This document shows positions 48,280 through 57,724 of a DNA stretch of 64,000 nucleotides, in pieces; the first letter of the stretch is position 1; each line of letters starts with the position of its first letter. The translations under genes and the position numbers were made by a program. Below the pieces are notes generated by a model, which saw only the letters and a program-made list of their open reading frames with translations, was not told the origin of the DNA and made no database searches. Source of the DNA: an uncultured Acidobacteriota bacterium (lineage in GTDB: Bacteria; Acidobacteriota; Thermoanaerobaculia; UBA5066; Gp7-AA6); assembly GCA_963764715.1 (NCBI GenBank), contig CAVXTP010000012.1, forward strand, positions 1 through 64,000. The letters run 5' to 3'.

Positions 48280-48519
48280 ATGGCCGAGGTCAGAGAAATA
48301 CTCGACGAGGCCCTGAAGTTGGCACCGGACGACCGAGCGAGCGTCGCCGTGGAACTTCTGGAGAGCCTTGAAGCGGGCCCGGAGGAAAGGGCTGAAGTCG
48401 AAGCCGCCTGGGCCGCAGAGATCGAACGCCGAGCCCGGAGAGTCATCAGGGGTGAATCGAGCGGGACCCCTTGGAATGATTTGCGCCGTCGAGCCGAGGC
48501 GAACCTGACGAAGCGGTGA
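48280..48519 (+). CDS. addiction module antitoxin component
   Basis: ALKLAPDDRASVA..LLESL...AW..EIERR......G....PW. Confidence 0.88.
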   Translation: MAEVREILDEALKLAPDDRASVAVELLESLEAGPEERAEVEAAWAAEIERRARRVIRGESSGTPWNDLRRRAEANLTKR

Positions 48520-48857
48520 CGAAGCCGTTTCGGGCGCAAGACGAAGCCTCTGAAGAGCTCGAACAGGCCGCCCGATGGTACGAAGATCGTCGGTCCGGGT
48601 TGGGGCGACGATTCCTTGCTTCGGTGGACGCCACGCTGGAGCAGATTGGCCGCTTCCCGGGAGCTGGAGCACCGGTCCCAAAAGTGCCACCAGACTTGCC
48701 GGTGCGGCGAGCGCCGATCAGAGGGTTCCCCTACCATCTGATCTACCTCGAAACTGCCGACACCATCCACATCCTGGCATTCGCCCACGACAAGAGACGG
48801 CCTGGCTACTGGCACGCTCGAACCGACGCGGATCCCGGTTCCGGCGCCCACCGGTGA
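48516..48857 (+). CDS. RelE/ParE family toxin
   Basis: A.EELEQAARWYE....LGRRF...FPYHLIY...ILAFAH.KRRPGYW; GTGA overlap. Confidence 0.9.
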   Translation: MTKPFRAQDEASEELEQAARWYEDRRSGLGRRFLASVDATLEQIGRFPGAGAPVPKVPPDLPVRRAPIRGFPYHLIYLETADTIHILAFAHDKRRPGYWHARTDADPGSGAHR

Positions 48858-48879
48858 GATCAGTAGTATTTTCATGCGG

Positions 48880-49182
48880 ATGCCCGCCGCACGGATCACC
48901 GTGACGCTGCCGCCCGAGCTCGTCGCCGAGATCGACCGGCGGGAGCGAAATCGCAGCCGCTTCGTGCAGGACGCCGTTCGCCGGGAACTCCATCGACGGC
49001 GACGCGAGGATCTCCAGCGATCGCTCCAGCGTCCGCACCCAGAGTCCGGGCAGCTCCCCCAGGCCGGCCTGCCCGGATGGGACGCGCGCGCGAGCAAGGC
49101 CGAACCGGAGCTTTTCGACCTCTCCGGCGGCCGGCCGATCCGCTGGGTCGAAGGCCGCGGCTGGGCGTACCGCCGAAAGTAA
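48880..49182 (+). CDS. orphan ribbon-helix-helix (CopG-like) protein
   Basis: RITVTLPPELVAEIDR...NRSRFVQDAVRREL. Confidence 0.8.
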   Translation: MPAARITVTLPPELVAEIDRRERNRSRFVQDAVRRELHRRRREDLQRSLQRPHPESGQLPQAGLPGWDARASKAEPELFDLSGGRPIRWVEGRGWAYRRK

Positions 49183-49195
49183 AGCGGGGTCATAG

Positions 49196-49222
49196 GGGGT
49201 CAGTCCTGACTTGCTGATTTCG
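49196..49222 (+). repeat. GGGGTCAG-family repeat (left inverted copy)
   Basis: GGGGTCAGTCCTGACTTGCTGATTTCG; 26/27 match to the reverse complement of 60576-60602. Confidence 0.9.
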
Positions 49223-49240
49223 CGTATCCCGGCCCCGGTC

Positions 49241-49265
49241 GTAGGGGCGGCCCTTTTGGACGCCC
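49241..49265 (+). repeat. degenerate GTAG-type REP
   Basis: GTAGGGGCGGCCCTTTTGGACGCCC. Confidence 0.7.
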
Positions 49266-49401
49266 TCGCAGGCCACAACGGCGGCGGATTGTGGCACGCA
49301 AGGATCTCGAACGCTAGGACGCCGAGCGGATCCTGAACCAGACCCCTGAGAAGGCCGGACCCCCGGCGTTCGAGTGGCTCTCCCGCGGCCTTCTGGAGGC
49401 G

Positions 49402-50538
49402 ATGGTCGAGTTCATCGAGCGCGCCAAGGACGGGACCTTCGAGCTCCACGCTGCCATCTACGAATTCCAGTGGGAGGCCGTGCTCGACGCTTTCCATGAC
49501 GCGAAGGCCGACGGAGCCGGGGTGCGCATCGTCTTCGACAACATCAAGGGAAAAACGAACCCCGGGCCCAAGAACCGCAAGGCCATCGCCGCCGCCAAGA
49601 TCAAGGCTCTCTGCACGCCTCGCTCGACCGGCAAGATCATGCACAACAAGTTCATCGTTCTGTCGAAGGGCGGCAAGCCCGTCGCCGTCTGGACCGGCTC
49701 GACGAACGTCAGCGAGAACGGCATCTTCGGCCACCTCAACTGCGGCCACATCGTCGAAGACGCCGATGTGGCCGCCGATTACCTCGAGTACTGGAACCAG
49801 CTCGTGACCGACCCGGCGGCCAAGGACGAGCGGGCCTTTCTCGACCAGAACTTCCCCTCTCCGCCTAATCCGTGGAACCAGGACGTCACCGTCGTCTTCT
49901 CGCCTCATAGCGGGCTCGATGTTCTCGATTGGTACGCCACGATTGCGGACTCCGCCTCGAAAGGTCTCTTCATGAGCTTTGCCTTCGGGATGGCGAAGCA
50001 GTTCCAGAAGGTTTACGACCAGACCGACGGCGTGCTGCGCTTCGCTCTCATGGACAAGTTCGGCAACGGAAAAGCCGCCAAGCAGGGAAAGATGGACATC
50101 ACCCGGATCCGGAAACGGCCGAACATCGTCGTCGCGGTGGGCCACGCGATCGAGATGAACGAATTCGACCGCTGGCTGGCGGAACGCCCCGGGCTTCCCA
50201 AAGCCAATGTCCGATGGGTGCATACCAAGCTGATGCTGGTGGACCCCCTGGGTCCCACTCCGATCGTCGTTGCCGGCTCCGCCAACTTCAGCGAAGCGAG
50301 CACGAATACGAACGACGAGAACATGCTCGTCGTCCGGGGCGACAAGCGCGTGGCCGACATCTACCTTGGAGAGTTCATGCGGACCTACTCCCACTATGCC
50401 TTCCGGGAAGCGGTCGCGATCGCCAAGGAGAACCACGAGAACTGGACGCCGAGCGACCTCGACCCGACGGATGCGTGGCAGAAGGGCTATTTCAAGGCCG
50501 GAGAGCGGTCGATGCGAAGGGAGTATTTCGGGGGGTAG
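49402..50538 (+). CDS. phospholipase D-like (two HKD) protein, probably 5'-truncated
   Basis: MHNKFIVL...WTGSTN and VHTKLMLVD...GSANFS...NDEN; coding-like frame (AFEWLSRGLLEA) continues upstream of the ATG without a start or RBS. Confidence 0.8.
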   Translation: MVEFIERAKDGTFELHAAIYEFQWEAVLDAFHDAKADGAGVRIVFDNIKGKTNPGPKNRKAIAAAKIKALCTPRSTGKIMHNKFIVLSKGGKPVAVWTGSTNVSENGIFGHLNCGHIVEDADVAADYLEYWNQLVTDPAAKDERAFLDQNFPSPPNPWNQDVTVVFSPHSGLDVLDWYATIADSASKGLFMSFAFGMAKQFQKVYDQTDGVLRFALMDKFGNGKAAKQGKMDITRIRKRPNIVVAVGHAIEMNEFDRWLAERPGLPKANVRWVHTKLMLVDPLGPTPIVVAGSANFSEASTNTNDENMLVVRGDKRVADIYLGEFMRTYSHYAFREAVAIAKENHENWTPSDLDPTDAWQKGYFKAGERSMRREYFGG

Positions 50539-50565
50539 TGCCCTCAACCAACAACAGGAGGAGCG

Positions 50566-51066
50566 ATGCAACGAACTTCTGTGCAAGTCCCGCTTGCGGC
50601 AGCCTTGGTCCTCGCGGTCTCGATTCCCCTCTCAGCCCAGCAGCAGGTCTGCTCCGTCATCCCGGTGAACGGAGACACGCCGGCAAACATCGGTGTGGCT
50701 CTTCCGAAGGGCGCGACATTCGGAGGCGTCCGCTTGTCCGTCAGGCGATACGACGTTGCGGGTGACCAGTATTCCGACTGCACCCCGGTAGGGCTCTGCA
50801 CGATGCCCCACAGTGATGCAGCCAACGTCTCCCCCTGGGCCGTGCTCGACGTCGATGGACGAGCCGTCTACGGTAATCTCGTTTACAACGCGAAGGGCGC
50901 ACCCATCAAATGGTTCCGCCTTTGCGCAGCCTACGCAGTCGCAGGAACGGCCCTGAAGAAGGGAGACGAGTTGGACAAGGCGAATGCGGCCGACCTTTCC
51001 AAGCCCGTCGACCTGAAGAAACTGTTCGCGATGCCGATGCCAAGCGTCGCCCCTCTACCGAAATAG
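50566..51066 (+). CDS. secreted hypothetical protein
   Basis: AGGAGGAG RBS, signal peptide, four Cys. Confidence 0.75.
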   Translation: MQRTSVQVPLAAALVLAVSIPLSAQQQVCSVIPVNGDTPANIGVALPKGATFGGVRLSVRRYDVAGDQYSDCTPVGLCTMPHSDAANVSPWAVLDVDGRAVYGNLVYNAKGAPIKWFRLCAAYAVAGTALKKGDELDKANAADLSKPVDLKKLFAMPMPSVAPLPK

Positions 51067-51087
51067 CTACGCGCAGGTCCTGAGTCC

Positions 51088-51115
51088 GCAGGGGCGGCCC
51101 CCACGGGCCGCCCCT
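51088..51115. repeat. REP-derived hairpin between convergent genes
   Basis: AGGGGCGGCCC-CCAC-GGGCCGCCCCT. Confidence 0.75.
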
Positions 51116-51231
51116 CTCACTTGTTCCCCGGCACCCCGCCGGTCGGTAGCTGTTTCTCGGGCTCGGTCTAGGCGAGATCCAGTTCGGGGCCGTTCAGGTC
51201 CTTGAGCGCGGATCCGCCGCGGCCGCCCGCC

Positions 51232-52923
51232 TCAGCGCCCCTGCTCCTTGTCCCGCCTCACCGTGACCTTGTTCCCCCGGATCCCCGTCGCCCGCAGCGC
51301 GCCGATGACCCTCTCGGCCGCCTCCTCCGGCACCTCGACGAGCGAGAACCGCTCGGAGATCTGGATCGAGCCGACGTCGCGCGGTCGCAGCTTCGCGACC
51401 TTCACGATCGCGCCCACGAGGTCCCCCGGCTTCACGCCCTCGCCCCGTCCCGCGCCGATGAAGATCCGCGTGTTCCCCTCCGCCGCCTTCCGCGGCGCCC
51501 ACTTCTTCCCCTTGACGTCGCCTCGGGGGCCACCCGGCCCGCTCGGCCCGCGCGGAGCCGGCGGCGCCGCCATCGACGGAATCTCGTGCTCGTCGTCCGG
51601 CACCGCCCCGGCCTCCCCCTCCGCCATCTTCACCGCCGCCGCCGCGATATCCAGCGGATCGAACTCCTCCGCCAGCGACTCGACGACCACGCGGTAGCCA
51701 TCGAACTTCCCCGCCAGCAGCGCCTCGCGCAACGACGCCTTCGTCAGCTCCAGCCGCTTCGCCCGCAGGTCCGCCACCGTCGGGACGCTGCCGATCTCGA
51801 TCTTCTGCTTCGTCGCCCGCTCGATGTTCTTCAGCATCCAGTGCTCGCGCGGCTCGGCGAGCGTGATCGCCACCCCCTCGCGCCCCGCCCGCCCCGTCCG
51901 GCCGATCCGGTGGACGTAGACGTCCGGCGAGGACGGGACGTCGTAGTTGACGACGTGCGACAGGTGCCCGATGTCGAGCCCCCGCGCCGCCACGTCCGTC
52001 GCCACGACGAGCTCGAGTGTCCCGGAGCGCAGCTTCTTCATCACCCGGTCCCGCTCCGTCTGCGAGATCCCCCCGTGGAGCGACTCGACCCGCAGCCCGC
52101 GCGACTTCAACGCCTCCGTCAGATCGTCCACCTCCAGCCGCGTCCGGCAGAACACCAGCGCCGCCGTCGGCGACTCGATGTCGAGCACCCTTCCCAGCGC
52201 CGCCCGCTTGTGCCCCCGCGCGACGACGTAGGCCGTCTGCCGCACCTTCGGCATCTTCCCCGCCGCCGTCGTCTCCCGCGCGATCGAGATCCGCAGCGGG
52301 TTCTTCATGTGCTTGCCCGCGATCGACACGATCCGCGGCGGCAGCGTCGCCGAGAAGAGCGCCGTCTGCCGCTCCGCCGGCGTCGCCGCCAGGATCGCCT
52401 CCAGGTCCTCCGCGAACCCCATGTCCAGCATCTCGTCCGCCTCGTCGAGCACGAGCGTGCGGACCCCCTCGAGCTTCAGCGACTTCCGGTTCACGTGATC
52501 GAGCGCCCGCCCCGGCGTCGCCACGACCACGTCGACCCCCCGGTGCAGCGCCCGAAGCTGCGAGTCCATCGACGCTCCCCCGTACACCGGCAGCACCCGC
52601 ACCCCGATCGTCTTCCCGTACCGATGCACCGCCTCCGCCAGCTGCATCGCCAGCTCCCGCGTCGGAACCAGGATCAGCGCGACCGGACCCGCGCCCTTCG
52701 TCGGCTCAACCGCGATCGCGTGCAGGATCGGCAGCGCGAACGCGGCCGTCTTCCCCGTCCCCGTCGCAGCCTGCGCCAGCACGTCCCGCCCCTCGAGAAG
52801 CGGCGGGATCGCCTCCTGCTGGATGGGCGTCGGCTCTTCGTAGCCGAGAGCCGTCAGGGCGGTGAGGAGGCGCGGGTCGAGGGAGAGGGAGGCGAAGGCG
52901 GGGGGTGGAGGGGTTGTCGGCAT
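51232..52923 (-). CDS. deaD: DEAD-box RNA helicase with DbpA-type RNA-binding domain
   Basis: Q motif PTPIQ, ATGTGKT, PTRELA, DEAD, SAT, ARGLD, HRIGRTGR; C-terminal GVKPGDLVGAI. Confidence 0.93.
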   Translation of the reverse strand: MPTTPPPPAFASLSLDPRLLTALTALGYEEPTPIQQEAIPPLLEGRDVLAQAATGTGKTAAFALPILHAIAVEPTKGAGPVALILVPTRELAMQLAEAVHRYGKTIGVRVLPVYGGASMDSQLRALHRGVDVVVATPGRALDHVNRKSLKLEGVRTLVLDEADEMLDMGFAEDLEAILAATPAERQTALFSATLPPRIVSIAGKHMKNPLRISIARETTAAGKMPKVRQTAYVVARGHKRAALGRVLDIESPTAALVFCRTRLEVDDLTEALKSRGLRVESLHGGISQTERDRVMKKLRSGTLELVVATDVAARGLDIGHLSHVVNYDVPSSPDVYVHRIGRTGRAGREGVAITLAEPREHWMLKNIERATKQKIEIGSVPTVADLRAKRLELTKASLREALLAGKFDGYRVVVESLAEEFDPLDIAAAAVKMAEGEAGAVPDDEHEIPSMAAPPAPRGPSGPGGPRGDVKGKKWAPRKAAEGNTRIFIGAGRGEGVKPGDLVGAIVKVAKLRPRDVGSIQISERFSLVEVPEEAAERVIGALRATGIRGNKVTVRRDKEQGR

Positions 52924-53004
52924 GGGTGCATTCTGACTGACGACGGCGAGCCGCGCTAACGACGCGCGACTGGGGCGCCAGTCGTGAGACCGGGTTACAG
53001 CCGA

Positions 53005-53946
53005 CTAGCCCCGAAACACCTCAGAGTTGTGCCAAGACAGGTACATCGCGTCGGGATGCTCGGATTGCACTCCGGGCACGGCTATCGGCTGGCCATCGAG
53101 GGGGTAGTAGCTTCTGCCGTTAGAGTAGTCCGCACGCAGACGCTTACTCACCTGAAATCGGTGATCCGGCGACACCGTTACGTAGCCCAGGTCGAACAAC
53201 CGGTGGATGTCGCTCCGCAGAAGCAGTCCGTTGTTCACCTCATGCGTCCCCTTGTCTGAATACGGTCGAATATGAGCAGCCTCCAGCGCCGGAAGCGAGT
53301 GCTCACCGGTAACAGCGCAGCTTCGTGAATAGGCGTCGATCACAGCCAATCGAAATGTCCCCTGACCAAGTCGGGGCCGTACGAGGATCGGAGCGCCATA
53401 TCGGACAGCGAAAGGGTCGACTACAGGAGGCGCGTCGTGCACTTGGGACCCTCTCTTCACCACCGATTCCTCATACACGCGCCGACCCTCCCCCTGCGAT
53501 AGGTCGTAGTACTCGCCTCGAACGTTCTGCCGGGCCCAATCCGCAGGTTGCCTAACCCAATCCTCCTCCGAGAAGAACACCGGCTGACTGATCATCAGAC
53601 AACCAACTTCTTGATCCCCCTTCGAAGTCGACACAGTGCGAGGTTGGTACTTCTCGATCCGAGCCAGGAAAGCGTCGAAACTCGCAGCGCCGTTCGCCTC
53701 GCCAAAGGACTCCCACGCTAGCCAGGCCGGTACGGTCGAAGAGCGGGCGAAGTACCCGTAGCCCGCAATGGCGTAGTAGGGCTTCTTGAGCTTGAAGAAA
53801 AAGGGAGCTCCTGGCTTGATACGCCGCAACATCTGAGCCGCCGACGGGAACCAGAAATTGACCTCGTCTAACTCTCGCGCGCGCAAGAACTGATACCACT
53901 CGAAATCCGTGTTCGCGACGTATCCCTCGAGGATCTCAGTCGTCAT
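53005..53946 (-). CDS. HNH endonuclease with aromatic-rich (PUA/EVE-like) N-terminal domain
   Basis: RLGQGTFR...Y...CAVTG...LEAAHIRP...NGLLLRSDIHRLFD; ATGA overlap with the upstream helicase gene. Confidence 0.9.
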   Translation of the reverse strand: MTTEILEGYVANTDFEWYQFLRARELDEVNFWFPSAAQMLRRIKPGAPFFFKLKKPYYAIAGYGYFARSSTVPAWLAWESFGEANGAASFDAFLARIEKYQPRTVSTSKGDQEVGCLMISQPVFFSEEDWVRQPADWARQNVRGEYYDLSQGEGRRVYEESVVKRGSQVHDAPPVVDPFAVRYGAPILVRPRLGQGTFRLAVIDAYSRSCAVTGEHSLPALEAAHIRPYSDKGTHEVNNGLLLRSDIHRLFDLGYVTVSPDHRFQVSKRLRADYSNGRSYYPLDGQPIAVPGVQSEHPDAMYLSWHNSEVFRG

Positions 53947-56900
53947 CCAGCCGCTACCTTTGCGTCGCGGAAGAAGTCAGCCGGCATGGGATAGCGGAGT
54001 CGCCAGGTGATCGCGATCGGCCGTTCTCCCTCGTGTGATACATGCTCCGCCGGGCCGAGGAACATGTACGGCATGGTCCGCCCTCCCCGATCTGCTCGTT
54101 CCCTAACGAAGAGGAGGATTGGGATCCCTTGCTCGGCGTGATGGATCAGGCGCTGACCGGTCGGCGACTCCTGGGTAGTTGTGCTTTGGGATTCCCAGTG
54201 AAACAGCTCCGGCGAAATCGCGTAGTCGCGATAGAGCGTCGTCGGAGAGTAGTGCTTGGCGGTTTTCTGCAGAGTAACGAAGAAGGAGTAGGACTCGGTC
54301 GGCTTGTCGCGATAAACGCCTTCGCGGAAGTGAGGCTCTTGACCAACCTTCAAGCTACCAAAGACCGCAAGGGCAGCGTTCTGGCCGTACCGGCAATATA
54401 GCGACAGCGGAATCGAATGGTTCCATCCAATGGCACGGTCGAGCGGAATCGGCAGGTGGCGGGCGCCGACCTCGAGTACCCCAAGCAACTCGACGAGCTC
54501 GGCCCGAATTGCATCATTTGCCCACAGCTTCGTGAGCGACTCCTGAAGGGTGGACGCCGAGCTCGAAGCACCCCAAAGGTCGAAGTGGCAGGCGGTCAGG
54601 ATTCGGCGTTCCCGCTCAGGCATGGACGCCACGACGGGAGGATCGGTCGCACACGCGATTCTCGTCAGCAGCTCGATCCACTCCGGGTCCTCCAGGTCCA
54701 CCAGCCGCCGAAGGCCCCTCGCCAGGGTCATCTCGTCCGGTCCGACCGCCGGCGTTGGCAGGCCCACGTCCCTGCGAAGCCTCGACCAAGACCAGCTCGA
54801 GCTGCGATACAGATCCTCCAGGCTAACGTCGGCCTCCCGTAGGAACTCCGCCAGGGTCACGTCTCGACCGAGCGATCGGAGCTCCGTGGCGAGACTCTTG
54901 AGGTTGGACCCAATCGCCTGCTTGACGTTGTCCAAGACGATACGAGTGGCCACGGGGTCCAGCTGGATCGAGCAACCCGCCGGGAGCAGGGGGAACCCCT
55001 GCTCAATCTGCCGCTTGATCTCCGACCGGGATGCTCCCGTCAGCGCCCGGTAGCGCTGATCGAAGCGGAATCGGCCCGACGCCAGGCCAATAAAATCCAG
55101 CACCGTCAGACAGTCCTTCTCGTCCGTCCGCCGCAGGCCGCGCCCAAGCTGCTGCAGGAAAACCGTCGCGCTCTCCGTCGGCCGCAGGAACAGGACCGTA
55201 TCGATCTCCGGGACGTCCACGCCCTCGTTGAACAGGTCGACAGCAAAGACCACGTTGACCTCGCGCGCCCGGAGCCGACGCAGGGCCTGCTCGCGGTCCT
55301 CGGCTGATGAGTCCGACGACACCGCCACCGCCGGGACCCCGAACTCGTTGAACTTGCGCGCCATGAACTCCGCGTGGGCGATCGAGACGCAGAAGCCGAG
55401 GGCCCGCATGTACCTCACATCTTGGACCTTCTTGCGTAATTCCTCGATGACGAGGCGAACTCGGAAGTCGTTGGCGGTGTACAGATTCTCGAGCTCGCCC
55501 GTGTCGTAGCCCCGCCGAGACCAGCGCAGGCCCGATAGGTCCGTATCATCGTGAATCCCGAAGTACTGGAACGGACAGAGGAGGTTGCGCTCGAGCGCCT
55601 CCCAGATTCGGATCTCCGCAGCGATCTGCCCGTCGAAACGATCCAGCACCGATTGGCCGTCCGCTCGCTCTGGCGTCGCCGTCAGACCCAGCAGCTCCTT
55701 CGGCCGGATGTGGTCGAGAAGGCGCTGGTAGGTGCTGGCAGCGGCGTGGTGGAACTCGTCCACCACCACGACGTCAAAGGCCTCCGGCGGCATCTGGTCG
55801 AGGACGTCCTGGTGGAGGGACTGGATCGATGCGAATACGTGTTGGTTTCGCTCCGGGCGCTCCCCATCGACGTAGAGCTCCCCAAAGGCGCCGTCGCGGA
55901 GCACGTGGCGAAACTTCGAGAGGCTCTGAGTCAGGATCTCCTTGCGATGAGCGACGTAGAGGAGGCGGAGCGGTCCGCCCGCCGCCCTGAGCCGCTTGTA
56001 GTCGAAGGCGGCCACGAGAGTCTTCCCGGTTCCGGTCGCCGCGACCACGAGGTTGCGATGCCGCCCGTGCCTTCGCCTTTCAACGTCGAGGCTCTCGAGG
56101 ATCTCCGTCTGGTGCGGGTAGGGTGTCAGGTCGAGCGAGACAAACGGGATCTCCTCCCCTTCTGACCGCCGAACGGCTGCGTCGAACCGATCCCGGTCAC
56201 GAACCGGGTCGAACGACTCGAACCCCGGGTCCGCCCAGTAGCTTTCGAAGTTCGCCTGAAACTTCGCGAGAATGTCTCCGGCGTCCGCCTGCGAGAGGCG
56301 GACATTCCACTCCTTGCCGTCGATCATCGCGGAGTGCGAGAGGTTCGACGAGCCGATGTAGGCCGTCGAGAAGCCCGAGTCGCGGTGGAACATCCAGGCC
56401 TTCGCGTGCAGGCGAGTCGTCTGCGTGTCATAGCTGACCTTCACCTCAGCCCCAAGCTCAACGAGCAAGTCCAGCGCACGGCGCTCGGTCGAACCGGTGT
56501 AGGTCGTCGTCAGGACGCGGAGCGGCCGGCCCTGCTCTCGCAACCGACGGATGGCTCCTTCCAAGATCCGTAGGCCGTTCCAGCGCACGAAGGCGCAGAT
56601 CAAGTCGACGCGGTCCGCCGAGGCGAACTCGCGGGCCAGGACGTGGCCGAGGCTCGGCTCACCTCGGGCGTTGATCAGGAGGTCGGACACCGAGAGCGGA
56701 ATCACAGGTCGCTCGGGAACGGACGAACCCCCGGTGAACGACGCCTCGCGACGAACAAGAGCGAGCAGGGTTTCCGCAGGGCTCGTCAGGTGGTCGGCGC
56801 GGGCAGAGGCGGCCGCGTCAGGCCCAAGATCACCGTCGATCAGCTCCATCAGCCGGTTGCACAGGGCCGCCTGCCGATCCACCTTGCCCTCTTCTGGCAA

Positions 56901-57074
56901 GTCCTTCAGCGCTCGCTGCAGGACGCCGCGAAGGTGACGAACGAACGCCACGTGAGAATCGGCTGGATCCAGCTCACCCTTGAGAACCTCGAATTCGGAC
57001 GAGTCCGAATCGCGCAGCTCCTGGGCGAGTGCGTTCGTGATGAGGCTGTCGTAGAGGCCCGCTGGACGCTTCAT
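53943..57074 (-). CDS. PLD nuclease - SF2 helicase - DUF3427 protein
   Basis: LHAKAWMF...GSSNLS, ATGTGKT, DEFHH, LTATPER, QQLGRGLR; C-terminal FVTLQK...YRDYAIS..LFHWESQS. Confidence 0.92.
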   Translation of the reverse strand: MKRPAGLYDSLITNALAQELRDSDSSEFEVLKGELDPADSHVAFVRHLRGVLQRALKDLPEEGKVDRQAALCNRLMELIDGDLGPDAAASARADHLTSPAETLLALVRREASFTGGSSVPERPVIPLSVSDLLINARGEPSLGHVLAREFASADRVDLICAFVRWNGLRILEGAIRRLREQGRPLRVLTTTYTGSTERRALDLLVELGAEVKVSYDTQTTRLHAKAWMFHRDSGFSTAYIGSSNLSHSAMIDGKEWNVRLSQADAGDILAKFQANFESYWADPGFESFDPVRDRDRFDAAVRRSEGEEIPFVSLDLTPYPHQTEILESLDVERRRHGRHRNLVVAATGTGKTLVAAFDYKRLRAAGGPLRLLYVAHRKEILTQSLSKFRHVLRDGAFGELYVDGERPERNQHVFASIQSLHQDVLDQMPPEAFDVVVVDEFHHAAASTYQRLLDHIRPKELLGLTATPERADGQSVLDRFDGQIAAEIRIWEALERNLLCPFQYFGIHDDTDLSGLRWSRRGYDTGELENLYTANDFRVRLVIEELRKKVQDVRYMRALGFCVSIAHAEFMARKFNEFGVPAVAVSSDSSAEDREQALRRLRAREVNVVFAVDLFNEGVDVPEIDTVLFLRPTESATVFLQQLGRGLRRTDEKDCLTVLDFIGLASGRFRFDQRYRALTGASRSEIKRQIEQGFPLLPAGCSIQLDPVATRIVLDNVKQAIGSNLKSLATELRSLGRDVTLAEFLREADVSLEDLYRSSSWSWSRLRRDVGLPTPAVGPDEMTLARGLRRLVDLEDPEWIELLTRIACATDPPVVASMPERERRILTACHFDLWGASSSASTLQESLTKLWANDAIRAELVELLGVLEVGARHLPIPLDRAIGWNHSIPLSLYCRYGQNAALAVFGSLKVGQEPHFREGVYRDKPTESYSFFVTLQKTAKHYSPTTLYRDYAISPELFHWESQSTTTQESPTGQRLIHHAEQGIPILLFVRERADRGGRTMPYMFLGPAEHVSHEGERPIAITWRLRYPMPADFFRDAKVAAG

Positions 57075-57184
57075 CGGATGCTGACGTTGCGTCACAGCAT
57101 GCCACAGCCAACACACAGGGCCTCAACGAGAATCTCCGGCTCGCCGGGCAGTGATTGGTCGATAATCCGCAACCGGAGGTTCGA

Positions 57185-57706
57185 GTGCTCACACGCGTAG
57201 CCCGGCAACTCCTGCCCTGCTTTCTAGTGCTCGCCTTGGGTGGTCAAACCCGAGCCGATGCTCAAGTTACCGCCAAGCAAGGCGAAAAGGATCCGACCGA
57301 GTTCTCCGGTTCGATGATCCTCCAGGCGCCGTTCCCTCCGGCGCTCCCGGGCAGCAAGGTCGGCGATTGGTACACCACGCCGGACTTCACCCGAATGCGG
57401 CTCTATCGCTGCGATCGCGTCATCATCACCTTGTTCCAATTCAAGGTCGGCAGCGCGCAGAAGGGAACGATTCCAATCAAGGCACGTGTCTGGCTCCACA
57501 ACCCGAACGGCAATCACGACAAGAACGTCGACCTGGTTCTTGAAGTCATGAACGGCGAGCAAAAGGTCACCGAGGCGCGCCGCAGCATCAAGGTCGAGGA
57601 GAGCGATGTCGTGAAGCGGGACATCGATCTGCCCCTGCCGGCGGGTAGCCTGGTCGCCGACCCGCCTACGCAGCTCAAGATCACGCTTCGGACGAGGGAC
57701 GTGTAG
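57185..57706 (+). CDS. secreted hypothetical protein, beta-rich
   Basis: GGAGG RBS 5 nt before GTG; signal peptide. Confidence 0.7.
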   Translation: MLTRVARQLLPCFLVLALGGQTRADAQVTAKQGEKDPTEFSGSMILQAPFPPALPGSKVGDWYTTPDFTRMRLYRCDRVIITLFQFKVGSAQKGTIPIKARVWLHNPNGNHDKNVDLVLEVMNGEQKVTEARRSIKVEESDVVKRDIDLPLPAGSLVADPPTQLKITLRTRDV

Positions 57707-57724
57707 ACCCCCGGGACACTTGCC

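Noticed and set aside
51232-52923. deaD as part of the nuclease system
   Set aside because: Ordinary housekeeping DEAD-box protein with host-like codon usage, its own putative promoter and a hairpin separating it from the HNH gene
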